Of a stretch of 34,987 bases of DNA, positions 10,098-17,305 are shown one piece after another. The position numbers and the translations under genes are program-made. A model generated the notes under the pieces. That model did not search any database and had not been told where the DNA came from. It saw nothing but the letters and a program-made list of their open reading frames with translations. Source of the stretch: Oscillospiraceae bacterium (GTDB lineage Bacteria > Bacillota > Clostridia > Oscillospirales > Oscillospiraceae). The stretch covers positions 1 to 34,987 of the forward strand of contig JAJBVW010000084.1 of assembly GCA_020866945.1 (NCBI GenBank). Direction: 5' to 3'. Numbering within the stretch: the stretch's first letter is position 1; the number at the start of each line of letters is the position of its first letter.

Positions 10098-10532
10098 TCA
10101 GGCATAGGAATCATCTAAGCTGCGGAACATTGCTCCGCTGACGTCTACAATTTCATCAATCGGAATGTCCACACCGTCTTTCAGCACGACAAGCCTTTGC
10201 AACACGTCTATCCTCTTCACCCTACTGGTAACAGTGCGGTAAGCGCCACCCTCTTTGCGCGCATCGGGAACGAAGTAGGTGAGCTTCACCACAGGAGTCT
10301 CCGCCAGGTTTTCCTGGAGCAGACTTAGCCGCTCCGACAAACGCTGCTTCATCTCATCATCCAGCTCTATTCTCTGGTCAGTCAGCCGCGCAGTCTCTTT
10401 CACCGCGGCGTCGTAGCCGGTGAGCGCCGCGAAAGGTGAAAACTGCGCCGCTCGGTCGAGCATCGCCATATGCGGACGATTTTCCGAAACGTGATGAGGC
10501 AAGCCGATAATATCGCTGTACTCTTTTTTCAC
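10098..10532 (-). CDS. YolD-like protein (accessory partner of UvrX/YqjW-type Y-family polymerases)
   Basis: 144 aa. GTG start overlaps the polymerase stop (GTGA), with GGAGG 9 nt upstream. Size, position immediately downstream of a Y-family polymerase and sequence character match the B. subtilis yolD/yqjX arrangement. Confidence 0.65.
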   Translation of the reverse strand: MKKEYSDIIGLPHHVSENRPHMAMLDRAAQFSPFAALTGYDAAVKETARLTDQRIELDDEMKQRLSERLSLLQENLAETPVVKLTYFVPDARKEGGAYRTVTSRVKRIDVLQRLVVLKDGVDIPIDEIVDVSGAMFRSLDDSYA

Positions 10533-12046
10533 GCCTTATGTCCTCCGATTTGTGCGTTGCGTGCTTTGCCGGTGGCTCCTTCCTCCAGATTCATGCCTTT
10601 CAGCAGGGCGTCCTTCCCGTATTTTTCCCAAATGGAAAGAACCGCTTTCTGACGACGCTTTTCCTTTTCCATCGTTTTCTGTTCCTCTTTTCGCTTCCGC
10701 TCCAGAGCAGCATAGTCCGTGAACAGGTCAAGCTGCTCTGGTTCCGCAGGTTTGACCAGCCCCTCTTCAACGACGTGATTTGCGACCACATACATCCTGC
10801 GCACCAGCAGATTTGGTTCAACAATGCGGTCAAACAAGTCCATAACGGCCTTGGTAATCAGCCTTGTAGAGGATGTCTGACATCCCAGATTTGCGGAGCC
10901 ATGGGCCGGCTTTGGGATTTTTCTGCCGTAGTGGTCGGTGGTGACCTCGCCTTTATATGTCTTTTGCCGCCGGAGGTCGGTCAGATTTTCAACGTCATAT
11001 CCTATGGTCAGCACAATTTGATCGGTCTCCAATCCCTTGTCCACCAAATCCATGGAGAGCGCATCGGCCATTTCCCGGACGACCAGCTTGGCCTTTTCAA
11101 ATTCGTATGGCGATTGCAGCACCTGACCGGAGCTAATGCTGTTGTTTTCCGGTCTGTATGCTTTGATGTCTGCAATGCGGCAAGGCTCCCAGCCCCAGGC
11201 ATGGTCAATCAGCAGCTCAGCGTTAACGCCAAACTCCTTGTAAAGCCGGCTCTCGCCGCAGTCGCTGAGACTATATCTTGCAATATCGCCCATGGTATAA
11301 AGCCCCAGCTTCGCAAGTCGCCTGGCATAGCCGCGCCCCACGCGCCAGAAATCAGTGATGGGCTGATGCGCCCACAGCCTCTGCCGATAGCTAATTTCGT
11401 CCAGCTCCGCAATGCGCACGCCGTCCTTGTCGGCAGGAATATGCTTCGCGTCAATATCCATGGCAATCTTGCAGAGGTAGAGATTTGTTCCTATCCCGGC
11501 TGTGGCCGTGATGCCGGTCTGCTTTAAAACGGCCTGTATCATCTTCATAGCCAGCGCATGAGGCGTGAGCTGATAGGTTCGCAAATAATCGGTAACATCC
11601 ATGAACACTTCGTCGATGCTGTAAACATGAATGTCCTCCGGGGCAATGAAGCGAAGATATATCTGATAAATTTCCGTGCTGAACTGTATATAACGCGCCA
11701 TCTGCGGCATGGCCACGATGTAGTCCAGCGCCAGCGAAGGGTCAGCGGTGAGTTCACGGATGTCACAGGAGGAGCCGGTCAGCACCCCGCCCGGCGCGCG
11801 ACGCCGCCGTTCCCCGTTGACATCTCTCACCCGCTGGACAACCTCAAACAGTCTGGCACGGCCGGAGATACCATAGGTTTTCAGCGCCGGCGACACCGCA
11901 AGGCATATCGTTTTTTCCGTGCGGCTCTTGTCCGCCACCACCAGGTTGGTGGTCAGCGGGTCAAACCCGCGTTCCACGCACTCCACCGAGGCATAGAACG
12001 ATTTCAGGTCGATGGCAATATAGGTACGGTTCGTCAAGCGGTTCAC
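10529..12046 (-). CDS. Y-family (translesion) DNA polymerase, UvrX/YqjW/ImpB-like
   Basis: N-terminus YIAIDLKSFYASVECVERGFDPLTTNLVVAD, which contains the catalytic Asp. Little-finger region present. Beta-clamp binding motif QLDLF. C-terminal tail ...RNAQIGGHKA typical of this clade. The start is ambiguous: GTG at 12046, or TTG at 12037, which has better spacing from AAGAGG. Confidence 0.9.
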   Translation of the reverse strand: MNRLTNRTYIAIDLKSFYASVECVERGFDPLTTNLVVADKSRTEKTICLAVSPALKTYGISGRARLFEVVQRVRDVNGERRRRAPGGVLTGSSCDIRELTADPSLALDYIVAMPQMARYIQFSTEIYQIYLRFIAPEDIHVYSIDEVFMDVTDYLRTYQLTPHALAMKMIQAVLKQTGITATAGIGTNLYLCKIAMDIDAKHIPADKDGVRIAELDEISYRQRLWAHQPITDFWRVGRGYARRLAKLGLYTMGDIARYSLSDCGESRLYKEFGVNAELLIDHAWGWEPCRIADIKAYRPENNSISSGQVLQSPYEFEKAKLVVREMADALSMDLVDKGLETDQIVLTIGYDVENLTDLRRQKTYKGEVTTDHYGRKIPKPAHGSANLGCQTSSTRLITKAVMDLFDRIVEPNLLVRRMYVVANHVVEEGLVKPAEPEQLDLFTDYAALERKRKEEQKTMEKEKRRQKAVLSIWEKYGKDALLKGMNLEEGATGKARNAQIGGHKA

Positions 12047-12144
12047 CTCTTTTCATAATAAATGGCGGCCATGCCATTCCGCACTCCGTCGGCAGCACGA
12101 GGTTCGTCCGGTTCACGCTGTTCACCCTGGCGCCCATCCAATGA

Positions 12145-12216
12145 CGAACAAAATTTCATGAAACTGTTGACGCGAACAGATTTATGTGATAATATATAAA
12201 CACGAACATAATTTCG
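12145..12216. promoter_or_regulatory. Three phased operator-like boxes CGAAC-N4-TTTC/TTAT (degenerate Cheo/LexA-box-like)
   Basis: CGAACAAAATTTC (12145..12157), CGAACAGATTTAT (12173..12185) and CGAACATAATTTCG (12203..12216). Start-to-start spacing is 28 and 30 bp. Each differs from the Firmicute SOS box CGAAC-N4-GTTCG mainly in the right half-site. Confidence 0.5.
12167..12195 (+). promoter_or_regulatory. Putative promoter for the XRE/ImmA pair
   Basis: TTGACG (12167..12172), 17-nt spacer, TAATAT (12190..12195). The middle CGAAC box lies in the spacer. Confidence 0.4.
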
Positions 12217-12229
12217 CTTCAACAGGGCT

Positions 12230-12258
12230 ATTATAACAAGAGATACCGCATATGTCAA
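12230..12258 (-). promoter_or_regulatory. Perfect-consensus sigma-A promoter for the Y-family polymerase/YolD operon
   Basis: The minus strand reads TTGACA (12258..12253), tatgcggtatctcttgt (17 nt), TATAAT (12235..12230). Confidence 0.7.
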
Positions 12259-12280
12259 CACTTATTCATGAATAAGTGTT
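12257..12280. repeat. 24-bp perfect palindrome (candidate repressor operator)
   Basis: AACACTTATTCATGAATAAGTGTT is its own reverse complement. It abuts or overlaps the -35 of the polymerase promoter and lies about 25 nt upstream of the XRE start codon. Confidence 0.85.
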
Positions 12281-12305
12281 CGTATTTCCAGAAGAAAGGA
12301 TTCTT

Positions 12306-12722
12306 ATGTCGTTCAAAGACAGACTGAAAGAAAAAAGAACAGCGGCGCATATGACGCAGGCGGAGCTTGCGGCCAGGGCCGGCATTACTCCCCGTACCAT
12401 CCAGAATTATGAGCTTGGTACACGAAAGCCTGCCAACATGGAGATTGCCCAAAGGCTTGCGGAATCACTTCAAACAACGACCGAGTATCTGCTGGGCAGC
12501 GCGGGAACCTATGTCGTCGAAGCCCACGAAAAGGGCGGCGCACGCGTGGCGCGGGATATAGACGAGCTTGTAGGCGAGGTCACAGGAATGTTCACCGGCG
12601 GCGAGCTGAGCGAAGACGCGCTGGATGGGGCAATGAAGGCTCTGAACGATGCTTATTGGATTGCCAAGGAAAATAACAAACGATATGCTCCAAAGAAGAC
12701 GCAAAGGACTGCCGCAAAGTAA
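12306..12722 (+). CDS. XRE-family helix-turn-helix transcriptional regulator
   Basis: HTH_3 signature LKEKRTAAHMTQAELAARAGITPRTIQNYELGTRKP. AAAGGA RBS precedes the ATG at 12306. The tracked ORF begins 30 nt earlier. Confidence 0.85.
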   Translation: MSFKDRLKEKRTAAHMTQAELAARAGITPRTIQNYELGTRKPANMEIAQRLAESLQTTTEYLLGSAGTYVVEAHEKGGARVARDIDELVGEVTGMFTGGELSEDALDGAMKALNDAYWIAKENNKRYAPKKTQRTAAK

Positions 12723-12774
12723 CCGGCGTTTGTCATACAGGAACAGAATTATACGTTAGATCAAATCGAGGTGT

Positions 12775-13287
12775 ATGATGAACGCTGAACAATTATCACA
12801 GGTCGGGAACCGGCTGGTGAAGCGCTGCGGTACAAGAGACCCTTTTGAAATTTCCGAGCAGATTGGCATTAACATCATGTTCTGTGAGGACTTCGGGGCC
12901 TTGAAGGGGATGTACCGGGTCATTAAACGCAACCGTTTTATCTTTCTGAACAAGGATTTGGACGAGGATATGCTTCGCATTGTCTGCGCCCACGAGCTTG
13001 GTCACGACCAGCTGCACCGGCAAATGGCAAAGACCCACCCTATCCAGGAGTTTATGCTATATGACATGAAATCGGAGCCGGAGTATGAAGCAAACATTGT
13101 CGCGGCTGAGATTTTGATGGACAACGAGGAAGTGCTGAGCTATATCTTCGATTATGGATATACGGCGGAGCAAATCGCGAGGGCAATGTCCACTGACATC
13201 AACCTGGTGGCATTAAAGGTGGCGCATTTGGCAACGCTTGGGTATCCCCTTCGTCCGCTGGAGCATAAAAGCGATTTTTTGAAATAA
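12775..13287 (+). CDS. ImmA/IrrE-family zinc metallopeptidase (COG2856)
   Basis: HEXXH motif in CAHELGHDQLH, with a downstream E in the EYEAN region. Size and pairing with an upstream XRE gene are typical of ImmR/ImmA and DdrO/IrrE modules. Confidence 0.8.
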   Translation: MMNAEQLSQVGNRLVKRCGTRDPFEISEQIGINIMFCEDFGALKGMYRVIKRNRFIFLNKDLDEDMLRIVCAHELGHDQLHRQMAKTHPIQEFMLYDMKSEPEYEANIVAAEILMDNEEVLSYIFDYGYTAEQIARAMSTDINLVALKVAHLATLGYPLRPLEHKSDFLK

Positions 13288-13331
13288 AGTAATAAGCCAA
13301 AGTCTTTTCCTCCATTTTCGGAAAATTCCCG

Positions 13332-13360
13332 TTGACAGGGGCCGAAAAAGGCGGTATGAT
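13332..13360 (+). promoter_or_regulatory. Near-consensus sigma-A promoter for the pheA leader
   Basis: TTGACA (13332..13337), 17-nt spacer, TATGAT (13355..13360). Confidence 0.7.
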
Positions 13361-13392
13361 AGACCTACTCTTAATAAGGAGCGTTTTTGATA

Positions 13393-13449
13393 ATGTCCTT
13401 CACCTTTGCCGCGGAATTTACTTTCTTTTACTTTTGCAAGAAAAAGTAA
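13393..13449 (+). CDS. Phe-rich leader peptide (18 aa, MSFTFAAEFTFFYFCKKK), putative pheA attenuator peptide
   Basis: An ATG with AAGGAG 11 nt upstream. 6 of 18 codons are Phe, plus one Tyr. It lies between a promoter and a strong terminator directly upstream of pheA. Confidence 0.6.
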   Translation: MSFTFAAEFTFFYFCKKK

Positions 13450-13487
13450 AAGTGATTTCCCCTGCGGCAAGCTGAAAAGTCAACCCA

Positions 13488-13524
13488 AGCTGTGCAGTGA
13501 AGAAATCACTGCACAGCTTTTTTG
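13488..13524 (+). terminator. Intrinsic terminator in the pheA leader (attenuator)
   Basis: Perfect 13-bp stem AGCTGTGCAGTGA / agaaa loop / TCACTGCACAGCT, followed by TTTTTT. It ends 41 nt before the pheA start codon. Confidence 0.85.
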
Positions 13525-13565
13525 TATGTCTAATCAAATTTTTTGTTTTAAGAAAGGGAACCAAC

Positions 13566-14705
13566 ATGGAATTGGAACAGCTCAAACAGCAGATTGATGC
13601 CATTGACAGCCAGATGAGCCATCTGTTCGCGCAGCGTATGGCCGTCAGCGGCCAGATTGCCAAGGTTCGTGCAGCGGAGGGGCTGCTGCCGGACGCCGCC
13701 GGTATGCGGGATGCCCGCGCACGCTTTCAGGCCCAGGCCGGACAGGAGCTTGAGGATTATGCCGGCGTGATTTACAGCACCCTCCAGGACGTAAGCCAAA
13801 GCTATCAGACCGCCCTGGTACGGGGGAAAAGCCCCCTCTGCGACCGCATTGCCCAGGGCCTCGCGGACACACCTCCCCTGTTCCCGGAGAAGGCCACCGT
13901 GGCCTGTCAGGGCGTGGAAGGGGCCTTCGCCCAGATTGCCGTCCAGAGGCTGTTCCGGGAGCCTTCAATATCTTATGTAAACCGTTTTGAGGCCGTATTC
14001 TCCGCCATAGCCAACGGCTTTTGCCGTTATGGGGTGCTGCCTCTGGAAAACAGCACCGCCGGTTCTGTCAACAAGATATATGACCTGATGATGGAATACA
14101 ATTTCAGCATCGTCCGTTCCGTGCGTCTGAAGGTAGACCACAATCTGATGGCCCTGCCCGGCGCGAAGCTGGAGGACATCAAGGAGATTGTCTCCCACGA
14201 GCAGGCCATCGCCCAGTGCGCGGATTTCCTGAAATCCCACCCCAGCATTCATGTGACGGTGTGCGAAAATACCGCCGTGGCCGCAAAGATGGTAGCGGAA
14301 TCCGGCCGCCGGGATCTTGCGGCGCTTGCCTCTCACGACTGCGGCGCACTGTACGGCCTGCAGCCGCTGGCGGAGGGCATTCAGGACAAGGGCAACAATT
14401 ACACCCGCTTCATCTGCATCGGCAAAGACCTTGAGATATTCCCCGGCGCGGATCGCACAAGTATTATGTTAACTGTAAACCACAAGCCCGGCTCTCTCTA
14501 CCGGGTCATGGCCCGCATAAACGCGCTGGGCATCAACATGACCAAGCTGGAAAGCCGTCCTCTCCCCGACCGGGATTTCGAGTTCATGTTCTATTTCGAC
14601 CTGGATACCTCCGTCTATTCTCCTCGCTTCATTCAACTGATGGGCGGCCTGGAAAGTCTGTGCGAGACATTCAAGTATCTGGGAAGTTATACGGAAATTG
14701 TGTAA
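13566..14705 (+). CDS. pheA: Bifunctional chorismate mutase / prephenate dehydratase (P-protein)
   Basis: N-terminal CM_2 helix region (LKQQIDAIDSQMSHLFAQRMAVSGQIAKVR). PDT domain (VACQGVEGAFAQIA, LENSTAGSV, NYTRFICIG). C-terminal ACT domain with the ESRP motif (MTKLESRPL). I start it at MELEQL (AAGGGA RBS) rather than the tracked 13497, which would lie inside the terminator. Confidence 0.9.
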   Translation: MELEQLKQQIDAIDSQMSHLFAQRMAVSGQIAKVRAAEGLLPDAAGMRDARARFQAQAGQELEDYAGVIYSTLQDVSQSYQTALVRGKSPLCDRIAQGLADTPPLFPEKATVACQGVEGAFAQIAVQRLFREPSISYVNRFEAVFSAIANGFCRYGVLPLENSTAGSVNKIYDLMMEYNFSIVRSVRLKVDHNLMALPGAKLEDIKEIVSHEQAIAQCADFLKSHPSIHVTVCENTAVAAKMVAESGRRDLAALASHDCGALYGLQPLAEGIQDKGNNYTRFICIGKDLEIFPGADRTSIMLTVNHKPGSLYRVMARINALGINMTKLESRPLPDRDFEFMFYFDLDTSVYSPRFIQLMGGLESLCETFKYLGSYTEIV

Positions 14706-14774
14706 TAACCACCCTTATTGAAAATCCCGCAGGGGGGATTCATTCTCATGAATCACCCGCTGCCGCTTATGTAT

Positions 14775-17186
14775 TTATTCCACTTTCTTCATATACCTGG
14801 ACGCCGCTTTCAGCATCAGGCGCTTCATCCCGGTGTCTTCAAATTCGATTTCCACCAGAAAATCCCCGCCCATGGGGGTCATTTTTTGTATAACACCGGT
14901 CTTGAAGGCGTTATGGATAACTCGGTCGCCCACCTTGTAATCCAGAACCGGCTTCCCCTGAGGCCGGGGCGGCGCGATGGTCTTTTTCTGCGATGACTGC
15001 CGTGTATCGCGCCGGGCTGCGCCGTCCGGCGTCCAGTCGTCCGCCTGAGGAACGTCCTCGAAGTCAAAATAGCTGTTTTTCAGCGACTGATAGGGCCGGT
15101 CGATATGCTCCGGCGGTATCTCGTCCACAAAGCGGCTGACCCGGTGCGGAGCCGTCTGGCCGAATACCATGCGCTGCCGGGCGCTGGTAATATAAAGCCG
15201 TTTTTTCGCGCGAGTGATGGCAACGTAGGCCAGACGCCGCTCCTCCTCCATCTGCTCCTGCTCCCCGATGGCCTGGAGGGACGGGAATATCCCTTCCTCC
15301 ATCCCGGCGATGAACACGGTGGGAAATTCCAGGCCTTTGGCGGAGTGAATGGTCATCATGGTAACGGTGTTCTCATCCAAATCCACATTTTGCAGGTCGG
15401 TATACAGGCTGACCTCATCCAAAAAGCCCGCCAGGGAATTGTCCCCCGTCTGGCGGACATGGGTGGCAATAAAGCTTTTCAGCTCCCGGACGTTTTCCAG
15501 CCGGTTCAGACTGTCCTCCGTGTGGGCCTCCTCCAGCAGACGGGCATAGCCGGTTTTTTCCAGCAGCGCGTCGTACAGCTCCTCCAGCCCGGCGGTCTGG
15601 GTCATTTGGGACAGCTCGTTCATCATCTGGGCAAAGGCTTTCAGCTTCTCCGCCGCACGGGACAGCTCCGGGAAATTACCCGCGATGGAGACGACGGTAA
15701 AGAGCGGTCCACCGTTCTGTGCAGCGATGGTTCTGGCCCGGTCAATGGTCGTCTGGCCGATGCCGCGAGGCGGCGTGTTGATAATACGCGTCAGGCGCAG
15801 GTCATCCGCCGGGTTCAGCAGTACGAAGAAATATGCCATCAAATCCTTGATTTCCGCCCGCTCAAAGAAGGGGTTTCCCTTCACAATCCGGGGGCGGATA
15901 CCGCTGCGCAGAAACGCCTGCTCCAAAGCGCGGGACTGCGCGTTCAGCCGATACAGCACCGCATGGTCTCGCAGATTGTCGCCCCGGTCTACAGCCTGAA
16001 GCACCTGGCGGACGATATATTGGGCTTCGTCCTCCTCGTTTTTCGCCACATAGAGTGTGATGCGGTCGCCCTCCCCCGCCTTCGTCCAAAGGCGCTTGCC
16101 CTTGCGCCCGGTGTTGTGGGCTACCACACCGTTGGCTGCCTCCAGGATATGTCCTGTGGAGCGATAATTCTGTTCCAGGCGAATCACGCGGGCGTTGTCA
16201 TACTGGTCTTCAAAGGACAGGATATTCTCAATGGTCGCGCCCCGGAATGCGTAGATAGACTGGTCGTCGTCACCCACCACGCATATATTCTTATGACCTC
16301 CGGCCAGAAGCGTCGCCAGCATATATTGCAGGTTGTTGGTGTCCTGATACTCATCTATCAGCACATAGCGGAACTTTCGCTGGTAATATTCCCGTACATC
16401 GGGAAACTCACGAAGAAGGCGAACGGTGTTATAAATCAGGTCCTCGAAATCCATGGCCCCCGCCTCCAGAAGCCGCTCGCTGTACGCCTGATACAGCTTG
16501 GCCGCACCCTGGAGCCGGAAATCTCCGGCCCGCTCTGCCAGGGCCATGAGCGCCTCCGGCGTCTGCATTCTATCCTTGGCCTTGTCGATAACGCCCAGCA
16601 CCCACTTGGGGGGATACATTTTTTCGTCCCGGTTCTGCTCCTTTACCAGGCGTTTCATAACAGCGGTGCGGTCGGCGGTATCATAAATGGTGAAGCTGCT
16701 GGGATAGCCCAGCTTCTCCCCATCCCGCCGCAGAATACGCACGCAGGCGGAATGGAATGTCCTGGCCCAGACCTCCTCCGCCGCCTCCCCCAGCATGGAG
16801 GAAAGCCTGTCCTTCAGCTCACCAGCCGCCTTGTTGGTGAAGGTAATAGCCAGTATCTGCCAGGGCGCCACCTGGTCATAGGCAGCGGCTTCCTCCGCCT
16901 GACGGCGCAGCTCCTGCTCCCCGTCCAGATACCGGCGCATAACGCGCAGCTTTTCCTCGTCTGCATCGGGGGGCAGTTCCCGGCAGTCGGATGCGCGGCC
17001 ATATTTCATCAGGTTCGCAATGCGGTTTATCAGCACCGTGGTCTTGCCGCTTCCGGCTCCGGCCAATATCAGCAGCGGCCCCTCCGTTGCCAGCACCGCT
17101 TCCCGCTGGCGGTCATTCAAATGGGGAAAGCTTCGGGCAATAACCTCCCGGCGCGTATCTATATAATTTTTCGTAAAACTATCCAT
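14775..17186 (-). CDS. pcrA: ATP-dependent DNA helicase PcrA (UvrD/Rep superfamily 1)
   Basis: Motifs GAGSGKTTVL, IDEYQDTN, NYRS, TIHSAKGLEF and VAITRAK. C-terminal Tudor-like tail (YKVGDRVIHNAFKTGVI). Start set at MDSFTKNY (17186). Confidence 0.9.
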   Translation of the reverse strand: MDSFTKNYIDTRREVIARSFPHLNDRQREAVLATEGPLLILAGAGSGKTTVLINRIANLMKYGRASDCRELPPDADEEKLRVMRRYLDGEQELRRQAEEAAAYDQVAPWQILAITFTNKAAGELKDRLSSMLGEAAEEVWARTFHSACVRILRRDGEKLGYPSSFTIYDTADRTAVMKRLVKEQNRDEKMYPPKWVLGVIDKAKDRMQTPEALMALAERAGDFRLQGAAKLYQAYSERLLEAGAMDFEDLIYNTVRLLREFPDVREYYQRKFRYVLIDEYQDTNNLQYMLATLLAGGHKNICVVGDDDQSIYAFRGATIENILSFEDQYDNARVIRLEQNYRSTGHILEAANGVVAHNTGRKGKRLWTKAGEGDRITLYVAKNEEDEAQYIVRQVLQAVDRGDNLRDHAVLYRLNAQSRALEQAFLRSGIRPRIVKGNPFFERAEIKDLMAYFFVLLNPADDLRLTRIINTPPRGIGQTTIDRARTIAAQNGGPLFTVVSIAGNFPELSRAAEKLKAFAQMMNELSQMTQTAGLEELYDALLEKTGYARLLEEAHTEDSLNRLENVRELKSFIATHVRQTGDNSLAGFLDEVSLYTDLQNVDLDENTVTMMTIHSAKGLEFPTVFIAGMEEGIFPSLQAIGEQEQMEEERRLAYVAITRAKKRLYITSARQRMVFGQTAPHRVSRFVDEIPPEHIDRPYQSLKNSYFDFEDVPQADDWTPDGAARRDTRQSSQKKTIAPPRPQGKPVLDYKVGDRVIHNAFKTGVIQKMTPMGGDFLVEIEFEDTGMKRLMLKAASRYMKKVE

Positions 17187-17305
17187 GCCTGTAAGTATAC
17201 CACACTTCCCCGCTCCATGGCTATATAAAATCCGAAATCTAACGTCAAAAAGAACGCCTTGCAATTTTCGTCCCATGCTCCTATAATACTACACGCTGGG
17301 CGGAT

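Noticed and set aside
12043-12452. Small ORFs 12043..12261 (-) and 12255..12452 (-) in or near the divergent control region
   Set aside because: They have no RBS. They span promoters and operators and lie antisense to the XRE start. The region is better explained as regulatory DNA.
10098-13287. Complete prophage or ICE suggested by the XRE/ImmA pair
   Set aside because: There is no integrase, recombinase, excisionase, or replication or structural gene in the window, and I could see no flanking direct repeats. At most it is a small island or remnant.
13361-13565. T-box riboswitch upstream of pheA
   Set aside because: The leader is only ~200 nt. It lacks the conserved T-box sequence (AGGGUGGNACCGCG-like) and the stem I features. 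A Phe-rich mini-ORF plus terminator fits better.
13406-13663. ORFs 13406..13597 (+), 13418..13663 (-), and the tracked pheA start at 13497
   Set aside because: They run through the leader terminator hairpin. The pheA start at 13566 has an RBS and matches the beginning of the chorismate mutase helix.
15105-17228. 707-aa plus-strand ORF
   Set aside because: It is antisense to pcrA, which carries all SF1 helicase motifs. It has no motifs of its own.
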